Assembly (NCBI GenBank): GCA_951406725.2
Contig: OX597819.1
Coordinates: 116,808,001 to 116,872,000, forward strand
Direction: 5' to 3'
Length of the DNA stretch: 64,000 bases
Origin: Octopus vulgaris
Lineage: Eukaryota
In this document: one piece after another, positions 46,591 through 58,713 of the stretch
Layout: each line of letters starts with the position of its first letter
How positions within the stretch are numbered: position 1 is the stretch's first letter
The notes under the pieces: model-generated
What the model saw: the letters and a program-made list of their open reading frames with translations, nothing else
Databases searched by the model: none
Told to the model about the DNA's origin: nothing
Program-made: the position numbers and the translations under genes

Positions 46591-49500
46591 ATTGTAACAG
46601 CGATATTACGACAATCTTCTTGAAATTATAAACTGTGTTGGTCTACTTTATTTCGCATATTAGTTAGAGTTAAACTATTAATAAAGATTCCAACATTAGT
46701 GATGCTCATTTAACATGGTGCTCATTAAATTTCTATTCACTGCCGATATGTATTAATTTTGCTTCACCTTCTTTAGCAACTCATATAATTGCAGCAAATT
46801 ACATTCCACTGCTTCTGTTTGGGAGTAGTAAAAAGTCGTCAATATCTTAACTTAACTGAAGTGGATTCTTCCATTTTTAACGAGTCAATTCATTTTCCAA
46901 TATGATTTATTGTATTTGCAATACTATTTCCTTCAATAATTTAGAAATCATAAGTGTCCATGTGCTTCTTGGTATTAAATAAACATGTGAGTTTTGTTGC
47001 AAAATTTGAGTTGCAACCGTGTAAAATCCCGTGAAGACACAGCTCCCTAGCATCTAAGACTAATATATTTTACAATGTACAAGAGGGTTTCATAATTTCT
47101 GAGAGAAAAATAATTGACTGTTGCACTGCGTGTTACAGCAAAGATAACATGTCACTCAGGTTCCTATTGTTATCAAATATTTGATTACTTTTATACACAG
47201 GTGTATGGTCCAGGCCTCTGGTTTGACAATAGATTGCCTTTCCTTGCTTCATACAAATTTTCAGGAGTTCAATATTGGCGCATGCAATGTCGCTTTTATT
47301 TTGAATAAGCTAAGTGTTCCTTTTTTATATGATGTCACTTTTCAGAATTTCCTATTCAAATTCATTCATGAAATGTGGATTTGAGACAAAAACAACATAT
47401 TTTCGAATACACATGATATGATATCCCGAATTTCTTGCCGCAGTTCTTATGACTGTTTTCATATGGTTAAATTACACCCACACTCATGTTATTCAGAGGT
47501 TGCTTATTCGATAGTTTAATGAAAATAGCCAAACGATCACTGTTAGATATATTAGGTAAGTGTGACACTATACCAGATCTATTGCAATTTAAAATACGAG
47601 AGTAAGTAAGATTTGAATAATGTATAAACATTTAGAATTGACGTAAGTAAATATTTTAAAGATAGTGCACAGACGTATTTTATATGTAGAAAAGGACAAA
47701 TTAAATGTTGAGAATATTTACTGACAAGAAAGACACATATTTTATAGGTTTGTAATATAGTGGTGTTATAGAATATTGGAAGGTTTTGATAGGGTGTTTA
47801 TTCAGTGATGAAAGTGATGTCAGGTATATCTGAATTATCACCACAAGTTTTTGTCTTATCAATATAAAATTTATAGACTACTCGGTAAATAGTAATGAAA
47901 TATATTTCGTCGCCGCCATATATCTCTATCTTTCCATTATCACTTAGAATTGCACATAAATAACGAAAAGGTGTTCGAATAAATATTTGATAAGTAATTG
48001 AATATACGTAATATAATTATGGTGAATAACTCCCTCATCAGATTAAAGTATATAAATCAATTGGAAATTTCGTCTCCAATAAACACATTTTAATACATTC
48101 TTTGGTGTTTTTAAAAGTAATTCTCATGTTTTTTTTAACATGAAGTTGAGAGGTCGTTTTTATATTTCTACTGTATAAAATACTGCATTGTATCGAAATA
48201 ATATTTACATATTTCAATATATAATTCGTCTCTCTCTTATATATATATATATACTTTATGATGTGTGTGTATATTAACATGTGTACAAATATACTGATCC
48301 ACTCACAAAAATAACCTCAAATTCTGTTGAATATTTGAGTCAAATAATCACAGGCGATTCGAAATTTCATATCGGGAGTTGAAGATCCCTACCCCTCATC
48401 TTCTGTTGCTAGGTGTGAAGATGATATTTATTTAGTTGCATGTAGAGAAGAGTGCTAAGAAGTATGTTTTGCTACGCTGGTTTATATTCAATATAAAAAA
48501 AAATGTTTTGATATACATAAAAGTACTATGATGCCTGTAATTTCAGTTTTCAATCCGAGTAATTTCGCTTTGATTTTACACAGAAGGATGATGGTTATAT
48601 TTCCTAGCTGCTAATTATAAACATAAAGACGACAAAGTTGCACAAATCGAAAATAGATTTTAAGGCTACTGAAAGAAGCATGCAGAAATAATACATAGAA
48701 GTACTTTTGAAATCAGAATCAATACAGAACAAATATTCGTAATAGTGAATATCTCACAAAATATTTAGGAAAACAACGGTTCGATATTTTGGTAATCAAA
48801 TTAACGATACGGTAGACTGCGTATAAACACTTTGAAACATGAACAGTGTAGATGGTCTTCCATCATTAGTTTACAATCACATGTGGAAAATACTATAAGA
48901 CCAACACAACAGCTTTCAATGCTAAAAGATCGAGGCGTAATTTATGTAAGGTGCTGGCTCGATACAATAACGGAGCGAACAAAACGCACCCTTGTCTGAA
49001 ACATATAAAGCTTGTGCCAGGTTAAAATGATATCAATCTAAAGAAATGGCCCAGTTTTCTCCAACAAGTTAAGTAAAGAAAAGAAAAGCATATTACAGAG
49101 AAGGATATGAGAGGAATATCTTTCAAACTTAGAAAGACTTATACAATCTGGCAAAATTCGTAGCTACCGCATACGATTTGGAAAGAAAATTTCCTTAAGC
49201 AAAGTTTGCTAAGCCAAATAGGAAATATTCTCAAGAAGAGAAAAGTGGTTTATTCCTACAGATAAACAAAGCCGAGTGATGTCATTGAGTTTATAACAAA
49301 TCAGAACGTTTATATACAAAGTAATTTCAGCATAAAACAGTTCAGCCTTTCACCAGCAAAACGAGCGACGAAGAAGTTGTAAAGAAATCCTGTTTTTTCT
49401 TCCCTTTTTCAGTTACACTTTAAAAAATTTAGTCGTCTGCAATTATTGATACAATATAGTGCTTTGAAACCTTAGAAATTCAAATTTGAAATTCTATTAA

Positions 49501-49839
49501 GTTAATTTACTGTGGAAGTTTTCAATACTTGAATTTGTAGGAACATTTGACTTTTCTAAGAACGCTTTACTGAATTTCCTCTTGAAAGTTGTATCCCTCT
49601 TGAAACTAAATTCATCAGCATTGAAAATCAAAACAAAACATATTGAAACCAGTTGTGAATATAAAAAAAAAGATTCATAGAAATTACAACTACAATTGAT
49701 ACGCGTGTATCCATATAGCTCTTCTCTCTCTGTGATTATATGTCTGTGTGAGTTTTCTTTTCATGTCTTTTCATTCTGGTATAAACACATGTGTATATTT
49801 GCATACTTTGTTCCACTTTTGTTCAGACTTTTCCATAGG

Positions 49840-50720
49840 TATCAACAAATACTTTATCACATATAACCCCTTATGTTCCAAAAATGTAATTTTCCCAAAT
49901 ATCCTGCACCTCATATTCAATAGTCTGATGAGGCTAAAGAAAGTTATCCGGGTACCCTTATAGCAAAAACAGTTGTAAGCTAATGTAATACATTACATAA
50001 CATTTGCTTTTATCTGGTGTCATTCACTCCAAACGACCGAACAAAAAACCTAACAGAAAAGGAGCACGAACATCTCATGCAAGATCGCGAAATAATTTTT
50101 GGCCGCACTTCATCGCTGGTTCCCTAAATATGGAGTGTACAGGAAAATATTCAACCGGGATTCTATAAAACTGTCTTATGCTAATTCATTAAATATAGAG
50201 CACCACATCCATAGGATTAACAAATAAGCCCGTAAAAATTTATCTTGATTCACATAACCGACTAAGAGACAACACTAATACCAAACGATTTATGCATCAC
50301 AGTGATAATAATAACAACAAACCTAGAGAAAACAACTACAATATCAACAACAAAAACCATGCAAAGAATCACACCACCAACAATATACCTTGAAATGGTG
50401 AGAATAAAAGGAAAACAGTGCCCGCGGAACAAAAACTAACAAAAAAGTAAAGCCAATTATGCTCATGCAGATACAAATCGAAATGTCCTTTGGGCAATCA
50501 ATGTTTGAACACAAATGTGGTATATAGGAGCACTGTAAACGCTAGAGGAGGCCTCTATGTATATATGAGATCCATGACAAGTATTTTCAAAAATCGATAT
50601 CGTAACCACATTGCCAGCTTTCGGAAACTCCTTATACTGCATGTAACATCATTAAACGGCATTCATTATGTGTATATATAAGAGGGGTTTTTATATCTAC
50701 CTCTTATAACTATTTTTTAA
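49840..50720 (+). mobile_element. decayed PLE: terminal repeat with hammerhead relic plus GIY-YIG fragment
   Basis: tagt-CTGATGA-ggcta..tagc-aAAAC-agttGTA at 49921-49983. CSCRYKSKCPLGNQCLNTNVVYRSTV..FKNRYRNHIASF at 50460-50625. Confidence 0.65.
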
Positions 50721-51707
50721 ACACGCAAGTAAAATAACCCATAGCACCTGCACAATATTTTTTAAACACTCAAGGAAAATAACCCATAGCACATGCACTT
50801 ACAGCTGTTAGGTTTTAGCTTAGTGATCAATATTTGATTCTCACGATAAGCGGACCCGATTCTGCATTTCACTACTCACTGTTTTGAACTTATGAACCTA
50901 ATTATTGCACTATCTTGATGCATGTGCACTTTCAATGCCCATATCTCCAATAATTCTTCATTTTTCCAGTTAAATGTTTTCGATGACACTACATAAAGTT
51001 TTGATTCCAGAACGTATTTAATAAGTATGTCCCAATACAATGAACCCATACTTTGAATGCTTAAAATTCTTAATAAATGAAACCAAACTTTCCCACCACA
51101 TTCATTTGGGACATCCTGTATCACATACTTATGTTAAAAATCATATATTTATTGCTTATTTACAGTTTATACAACATTTTCATGAAATTATATACACACT
51201 TTTTGAATGCCCATAATTCTGCATTTTTACAGTTACTCTTTTTCCATGACAGTAGATAATTTTTTTCCTCCACAAGGTATTTGTAGTAGCTTCATGCAGA
51301 CACAGTGTTGGATTTGATCCTCGCTTACCAAATTTCACTTAACACTCCAATAGCACTTTTCTAACGGTAAAACAATTTCTGTGAATGACAACAGTTATTC
51401 ATTTCTCAGATGCCTTCCATGACAGTAGATAATTGTTTTCTTCCACAAGGTATTTGTAGTGGCTTCGATGTTTCTGAGTGTGTGTTCATTTGAGTATGTA
51501 CATCAGAAAATCAGAATGGTATTTTCTTCTTCACAAGAGTTTTCATTACCCCTTGCTAAAAGTTTCTGTATTGTTTTACGGAATGTCATGTTTTTTACAC
51601 ATCACACGCATATAACTGCTTTCATCATTCTGTGAAACCTTCGTTACGTACAAGAAGTACTTTTAATTTAAAATGACAAAATATTACGCCATTAATAATT
51701 TGAAATG

Positions 51708-52343
51708 CTCTCTTTCTTACTCTCTTTTACTTGTTTCAGTCATTTGACTGCGGCCATGCTGGAGCACCGGCTTTAATCGAGCAACTCGACCCCGGGACTT
51801 ATTCTTTAGTAAGCCCAGTACTTATTCTATCGGTCTCTTTTGTCGAACCGCCAAGTAACGGGTACATAAGCACACCAGCATCGGTTGTCAAGCAATGCTA
51901 TGGGGACAAATACAGACACACAAACACACACTCGCACATATATACATATATATACATATATACGACGGGCTTCTTTCAGTTTCCCTCTACCAAATCCACT
52001 CACAAGGCTTTGGTCGGCCCGACGCTATAGTAGAAGACACTTACCCAAGGTGCCACGTAGTGGGACTGAGCCCGAAACAAGCTACTAACCTATTTCTTTA
52101 TTACCCACAAGGGGCTAAACATAGAGGGGACAAACAAGGACAGATATAGGTATTAAGTCGATTACACCGACCCCAGTGCGTAACTGGTACTTAATTTATC
52201 GACCCCGAAAGGATGAAAGGCAAAGTCGACCTCGGCGGAATTTGAACTCCCAACGTTCCGACAGACGAAATACCGCTAAGCATTTCGCCCGGCGTGCTAG
52301 CGATTCAGCCAGCTCACCGCCTTCACACAGCCACTCCTGCGCC
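51708..52343 (-). mobile_element. CORE-like tRNA SINE carrying a nested SINE
   Basis: The head is split at caagctactaac|...|cacacagccactcctgcgcct; the tail is (ttactc)-like at the left end. Confidence 0.9.
52090..52323 (-). mobile_element. nested full-length SINE (19291 family)
   Basis: Reverse complement of 19291-19520. Confidence 0.9.
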
Positions 52344-53019
52344 TATGTGTATATATATTTATACCAGCGATTAATATGGTCGATTTCAACAACGAATTGT
52401 TCTGAAAATTGACAACGATTCGTTGAGTAAAGTAAAGGGTGATGAAGAAGACAATGTTGTGGAATGGATGCAGTAGAGGGACAATCAGAATTGAGAAGTC
52501 ATCAGAAGAAATATATATTTTGCTATAAACATTGATCAAGATCTCAACACTGTGTGGACTTATTACGTAACCACATGAAGCAATTAGTGGCAATTAACGA
52601 CTGGCAGGTTGTCTGCAGCGGCACTATAAACAATTACCCAGTCATGGAAATAGGATGATGATGAGTATGAAGATATCACTGATGATGATAATGATGATGA
52701 CGACTACGCCGATGAAAAAGATAATACTGGCGACAATGACGGTAACGATGATGACGGTGTTGATGGGATGGTCATAGTCCTATTCATAATGTAAGTTAGT
52801 TGCATATCGCAATAAAATATCTTATTTCAATCTGGCATGAAAAAGCAATTTTATATAATCTATTCTAAATTACGTCTATGCAATATTCATAGATTTGGTG
52901 GAGCTCCTAGTTATGTTATCACGTAATATACTATGTCGCATTCATGAAGTCTTATATCATTTAATTTGGCGACAGTCCTCGAATATATTCTAATAATATG
53001 GATGTGGTGTAGTACTGAG

Positions 53020-53020
53020 G

Positions 53021-53098
<78 letters not shown>

Positions 53099-53199
53099 CG
53101 TATACATGTATATATATACATATATATATATATGTATATAAATATGTATATATACATATATGTATATATATATATATGTATATATGTATATATATATAT

Positions 53200-53265
<66 letters not shown>
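53020..53265. repeat. (TA)n/(TG)n microsatellite
   Basis: Directly visible. Confidence 0.95.
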
Positions 53266-53267
<2 letters not shown>

Positions 53268-53847
53268 TCGTGTATACTGCAAACTATTGTTGTATGAAGC
53301 TTGAGAACATAATATATAAACTGCAATTGGTAGCATTTCGTCAAATGCTTCTCTACTTTTGTCTCTCTAACTATATGTCTGGCTATCTCTTTACTTGCCA
53401 ATCTGCTCAACTTCGTAATCATATATGTATCAGTATATCTACCGCTGCCTACCTACCTACCTACCTCCCTGACTGCCTAACTACCTATATACCATATATA
53501 TGGTCAATGAGTCAATGAGAGACGGAAGATGGAAGATACGAGGATTTTTACTGCTCACTGCAATTGTTTTGACCCAACTGGCATCGATCCATCAGGGTAG
53601 GATATTTAACAACCTGTTCAGGAGCATCCTACAGTGCAGGTGTGTCTCTTCGTGTGGTAAACAGATGTAACTCGTTAAAATAACAGTTCCACAATGTATC
53701 TTCTCTGTTAGTGTAAAGAAGAGCTGTAAATTAAATTCTCGTATCTTTCATCTTCTGTCCATTAAGCAAATACCTAAGGGACATTCTAAATGTGATCGTG
53801 TCTTACCAGTAAGCGTCCAGGTGTAAACCATTTGCTTCATTATCTAT

Positions 53848-53885
<38 letters not shown>

Positions 53886-53968
53886 CTGTGTCTGCCTGTT
53901 TCTGTCTCTCTCTCTGTATATATGTATGCGTGTATATGTGTATATATGTCTATATGTATATATATATG

Positions 53969-54039
<71 letters not shown>

Positions 54040-54519
54040 TTATAATAAGATTAGCTCGTATACGAGTGGGTATATATTTGTAAAAAATGAAGTTCGAAAA
54101 TGCTGCTATATTAGACAAATTTTTTATTTTTATATATACATTATAACATGTTTCGGTTCTTGAAATGATGAACCTTATCAAAAAAAGTTTTATATAAAAA
54201 AAGATAGTTCATGCTATCAAATATAAAAAATTCATTTATAATATACAATAGAGTCAGATATCAAAAGTTCATATATAGTGAAGTGAGTTCGTTCATGCTA
54301 TATGTTTAGAGAGTATGATGCAGTGGTTCATAGTGGTGATATGCATTCAATATAAAAAATAGATCAAAGTGGTGATATGCAGTCAATATAAAAAATTGAT
54401 GTTCCTGAAAGAGCGAGGAATTCATTTTAGATTTTACCTTGAGTAACTGTGATGACTTTTGGTCGGTGTTCGCTGGATAGTTCTGGCGAACCTTGTGAAT
54501 TGTTTGGGTTTTATATCAC

Positions 54520-55060
54520 CTGTTAGGTGGCCAGTCCAGCGTAACGTGACGTCATCAACGTTTTGACCAATCGTTTCGTTAGGTGGCTTGGTCAAGCGGA
54601 ACGGGACGTCATCAATATTCTGACCAATCCCGACCTATAGCTGTATTAGATCTGCCCCTTGTCTGTACCTGTTTTGACCAATCGTTTCGTTAGGTGGCTT
54701 AGTCAAGCAGAACGGGGCGTCATCAATATTCTCACCAATCCCGACCTATAGCTGTATTAGATCTGCCCCTTGTCTGTATCCTGTTAGGTGACTAGTCAAG
54801 CAGAACGGGACGTCATCAATATTCTGACCAATCCCGGCCTATAGCTGTATTAGATCTGCCCCTTGTCTGTATCATGTTAGGTGACCAGTCAAGCAGAACG
54901 GGACGTCATCAATATTCTGACCAATCCCGGCCTATAGCTGTATTAGATCTGCCCCTTGTCTGTATCCTGTTAGGTGGCCAGTCTAGCAGAACGAGACGTC
55001 ATCAACGTGTTGACCAATCAGAATCGGGTCTGACCCTTAGCTGTATCGTATGTGGCCAGT
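54520..55060. repeat. tandem array of about six 93-bp units in the PLE 3' region
   Basis: Unit ctgttaggtgactagtcaagcagaacgggacgtcatcaatattctgaccaatcccggcctatagctgtattagatctgccccttgtctgtatc (54781-54873); next copy at 54874-54966; the outer copies are divergent or partial. Confidence 0.92.
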
Positions 55061-55208
55061 CCATCAGGGTTAGATCTGTTCGAAGAGATCTTTTTATAAA
55101 TTTTTTTCCTTTTTTCCTAAGGCATATTTCCGTCAGTGTGAGTGACTGTTTAAGGTAGCGGCCGTGGTGGAATTTTGCTTCTCCTTTTCGGAGGACCAAT
55201 CTTTTGTT

Positions 55209-57540
55209 TCAATATTCCTGGCCCAGGGTGTTTAAACTTGGTCTAAATTTTTTGATGAAATACAGTTCTTTATTTTGGCGTTGCGTGAAGGTTGCGTTGT
55301 CACTGAATTTATAAAGCGGGTAAGTTGTAAATTTCGGATTTACATTTCCAGCACATCTATCTATGTGTCCGCTGACCGGTATTTTCCGGTATTCAGGGTT
55401 TCTAATTTGTGATTTATGCACCGCCACCCTGTTACGTAAGCTATTTTTTGTATGGCCTATATACTGCCTATTGCAGCCTGCGCATGTTATGACGTAAATT
55501 AAGTTTTCTGATGCGCAGGTGAAGTTTGCTCTAATGGTAAACTGGTGGCCTTGTTCTAGTATAAATTCTGAACCTTCTATCAAGATGACACAGATTCCGC
55601 AGTTGGGCCTTCCACATTTTCTAACTGCTGGTTTTGTGGTTGATGTTGAGTGCAGTTTAGCTTGGGTTAAAATCCTTTTCAAAGATTTTGGTTGCCGTTT
55701 ACTTTTAATGATGGTGTGTGTTTCGAGGATCCGGTTCATCTTTTGGTCTCCCTTTAGTAGGGCTGTGCTTTGTAGTATGGTGCTGAAGGCCTCATTGTTG
55801 AGTGGGTTGTGTGTAGAGATGTAGGGAAGGGTTTTTAATTGTTCTTTCTTTTTTGGTTTTGTTTGTCTCAGGTCTTCTACACTTAATTTGAGTGCCCTTT
55901 GGATTGCACTGTCTATTAGGGGCTGTGGATAGTTTCTATTTGTGAGTGTGGTTCTGAGTTCCTGGAGACGTGTGTGTCGGGTGTTTGTGTCTGATATTAT
56001 GGTGCAGATCCTTCTAGCTAAACAAAAAGGAACATTTATTCTAGTGTGTCGTGGGTGGCATGAATCAAAGGGTAGGTATTGTTTGGAGTCTGTCGGTTTA
56101 TAGTAGATATCTGTCTCTATTTTTTGACGGTTTTCTTAATGAGGATGTCTAAAAATGGTAATTCTTTTTCGTTGTGATCCATCGTGAATTGTATATTATC
56201 ATTTATTCCATTTAATAGTATTTTAAATTCCTCAAGTTTCTCTATACCTTTGTCCCAGATGATGAAACAGTCATCGAGGTATCTTTTCCAGTTGTTATGG
56301 ATATAGGTGGCGAAGGTATTTCCAAATTTCTCGAGTGTTATCTGGTAGAGTATTTTCTCGAGGTATCCCATCACTAGGTTGGCAAAAGATGGTGCAGTAC
56401 GCGTGCCCATCGCTGTTCCCGATCTTTGTCTGTAGAAATTATTGTCAAAAATAAAATAATTGTTCTCTAAAATAAATCTAAGTCCTTCTATTATAAGGTC
56501 TTTGTTTATGCGAGTTGGGAGTTCAAAGGGGTAGTTATTCAGCCAGAAGGTGATCGCTTCTATTCCTAGGTTGTGAGGGATGTTAGAATAAAGATTAACT
56601 ACGTCGAATGATACTAGAAGGGTTTTCTCATTGACTGTTTTAGGGAGGTGGTTGAGCATATCTATATCGTCTCTTACGTAGCTTTTGATGTGTTTTAGGA
56701 AAGGTTTAAGAAGTGTGTCTAAGAAATTGCTGAGGCGGTGAGTCTCACATGCTGGCCCTGCTATTATGGGTCTTAGTTTAAGATCATTTGGTGAAGGGAT
56801 TTTGATGAGTATATCGGTGGATGTTTTGCACGTTTCTCTAATTATTTGGCTTTTGTGTACTTTAGGGATACCATAGAACAAACTCGATTTGCATTTGAAG
56901 TTAGTGATGTATTCATACTCCTTGTCCGTGAGTCCTTCTCGGTATGTGTTGATTAATGTCCTAAGGTTATGCATTTCTTTTGCTGATTATACTGTTGGGC
57001 CCTTTCATAATACGTTTCATCTCTTAATAGGGATAGCACTAAATTTTTATAATCGTTTGTATTCATTATTACTATCGCGTTGCCCTTATCTGCCTCCTTA
57101 ATTGTTATTGCGTTGTCTTCTCTTAGTTTGATGAGGTCGTTCCATTCTCTTTTGTTGAAGTTAGGGCTGTGTTTTTGTTTCTTGATGAATTGAAACGGGA
57201 AATTAGTTATGTAGTCACAATAGCGGTCTAAGGCTTTTTTCTTTCCCTTGGTGGGGGTGTAATTGCTCTTGTTTCTAGCTATTGAATCCTCCTCTATTTG
57301 TTTGTCTTGAAATTCCTCGGTGAGTCTTAGTTTTCTGCAAAATTCCGAAATGTCATCTTTCATTTCATAGTAATTAGAACGTTGTGGGGTTGGTGTAAAT
57401 TTAAGTCCTTTGGAGAGTATGCTTATTTCGTTAGGTGTAAGTTCTTTGTTTGAGAGATTGATTATCTTGATTACCTGAGGTTTCTTTTGTTTGTCCTTTG
57501 CCATCGTGTGTCCCTGTTCCTGTGTGTAAGGTCTAAAAAA
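55209..57540 (-). CDS. PLE RT-GIY-YIG polyprotein (two 1-nt frameshifts, no internal stops seen)
   Basis: IINLS..LSKGLKFTPTP, IKEADKGNAIVIM, FYGIPKVHK, LRPIIAG, SFDVVNLYSNIPH, GTAMGT, RYLDD, LPFLD, IYYKPTDS, CGRPNCGIC, NLIYVITCAGCNRQYIGHT..LRNRVAVH..KE. Shifts near 56980 and 56130, both in A-runs. Confidence 0.9.
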
Positions 57541-58634
57541 TGGTTGGTGTAGTTATGTTCAAAACTACTATTTATCTGTCTCATGTTGTTATAATTGTCA
57601 GAGTGAGTTTGTCGTGCTCTGTTCTGAAGTGTGTTGTTGTACCTAGTGTTCCGTCTTAGTTCATCAGGTATATTGTGTTGGTAGTTGTTTCCTCCGTAGT
57701 ACATTTGTTGTTTGTTAGGTTTGTATGGTTGGTTCCTGGGGTGGATGTTTGGTAGTAGCGTTTTAGTTTGGTTATGTGGATTGTATTTTATAGTATTGTA
57801 TGTTGTGGCTCTTAGGTTCGTGGAATGGTGTGGTGGGCCCCTGTAAGTGTTTTGGGGTTGGTGTAGGTAGTGTGGGGTGCGTTTTAAATGTATTTTTCTG
57901 GTGTAGAGTGTGTTTGGATTTCTTGGTGGTTGTTCTGCTCTGTTGGTATATCTATTTTCGAACTGGTGTGGTGGGCCTCTGTAGGTGTTTTGGGGTTGGT
58001 GTAGGTAGTGTGGGGTGTGTTTTAAGTGTATTTTTCTGGTGTAGAGTGTGTTAGGATTTCTTGGTGGTTGTTCCGTTCTGTTGGTATTTGGTTTTGATTT
58101 ACTTAATTTTATGAAGGGGTTGTTGGATATGTGTTCATTTTTGAAGTTGGTTTCATAATCTAAAAACCAGATGGCGCTCTTTTCCCATCGTTGGAGGGAC
58201 TTAAGTTCCTCTTTTTCACATTCTTCATTCCATAGTGCTGGTAATGTTTCAGTATTGATGTCGTCTATTAGTTTGATGACTTCTTCGTTGATTTCCTCGT
58301 CTATGGTTTTTACTTTTTCTTCATTCGTCTTAGCTCTCAGCTTGAGTAGTTCTATTTCCATCTTCATTTTTTCTAATGACATTTTTTCCCTAAGTTTTCT
58401 TTGTTCTTCTGGTTCTTCCGAGATGGGCTTGATTTGTAATTTACGGGGTATGACTAGGGGTGTTGAGTCTAGCCATTTTTGGTAAATCTCAGCTTTATTC
58501 TGATTTTGTATCATTTTCCAAAAAGCGAATTTTCTGTTTCGCTGTAGTGTTCTCCATTGGGGGAGGACTTGGTTCTTTATTTGTAATGTTGAAGTTGCTC
58601 GGTTCTTCTCATGTGGTCCTTCTTTTTGTTGCTC
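57471..58634 (-). CDS. PLE ORF1 / N-terminal region: coiled-coil plus N/P/R/T-rich tail
   Basis: The frame stays open upstream of the annotated Met (WRTLQRNRKFAFWKMIQNQ..) up to the (TA)n junction. E/K-rich heptad-like stretch; internal 46-aa duplication; overlaps the RT frame. Confidence 0.75.
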   Translation of the reverse strand, partial: EQQKEGPHEKNRATSTLQIKNQVLPQWRTLQRNRKFAFWKMIQNQNKAEIYQKWLDSTPLVIPRKLQIKPISEEPEEQRKLREKMSLEKMKMEIELLKLRAKTNEEKVKTIDEEINEEVIKLIDDINTETLPALWNEECEKEELKSLQRWEKSAIWFLDYETNFKNEHISNNPFIKLSKSKPNTNRTEQPPRNPNTLYTRKIHLKHTPHYLHQPQNTYRGPPHQFENRYTNRAEQPPRNPNTLYTRKIHLKRTPHYLHQPQNTYRGPPHHSTNLRATTYNTIKYNPHNQTKTLLPNIHPRNQPYKPNKQQMYYGGNNYQHNIPDELRRNTRYNNTLQNRARQTHSDNYNNMRQINSSFEHNYTNHFLDLTHRNRDTRWQRTNKRNLR

Positions 58635-58646
58635 TTATATATCGAA

Positions 58647-58704
<58 letters not shown>

Positions 58705-58713
58705 ATATATATA

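Larger units (their letters stand above)
54045..58636 (-). mobile_element. Penelope-like retroelement (ORF1, RT, GIY-YIG, long 3' region), 5'-truncated, between (TA)n tracts
   Basis: See component CDSs. The 3' non-coding region contains the 93-bp array and a hammerhead relic at 54143-54185. Confidence 0.9.

Noticed and set aside
53551-53600. Hammerhead-like CTGATGG...AAAAC-AATT-G on the minus strand
   Set aside because: Several core mismatches and poor stems; at best a dead relic.
54520-55060. Repeat array as a CRISPR
   Set aside because: Units are contiguous 93-bp repeats with no unique spacers, there are no cas genes, and the context is a eukaryotic TE.
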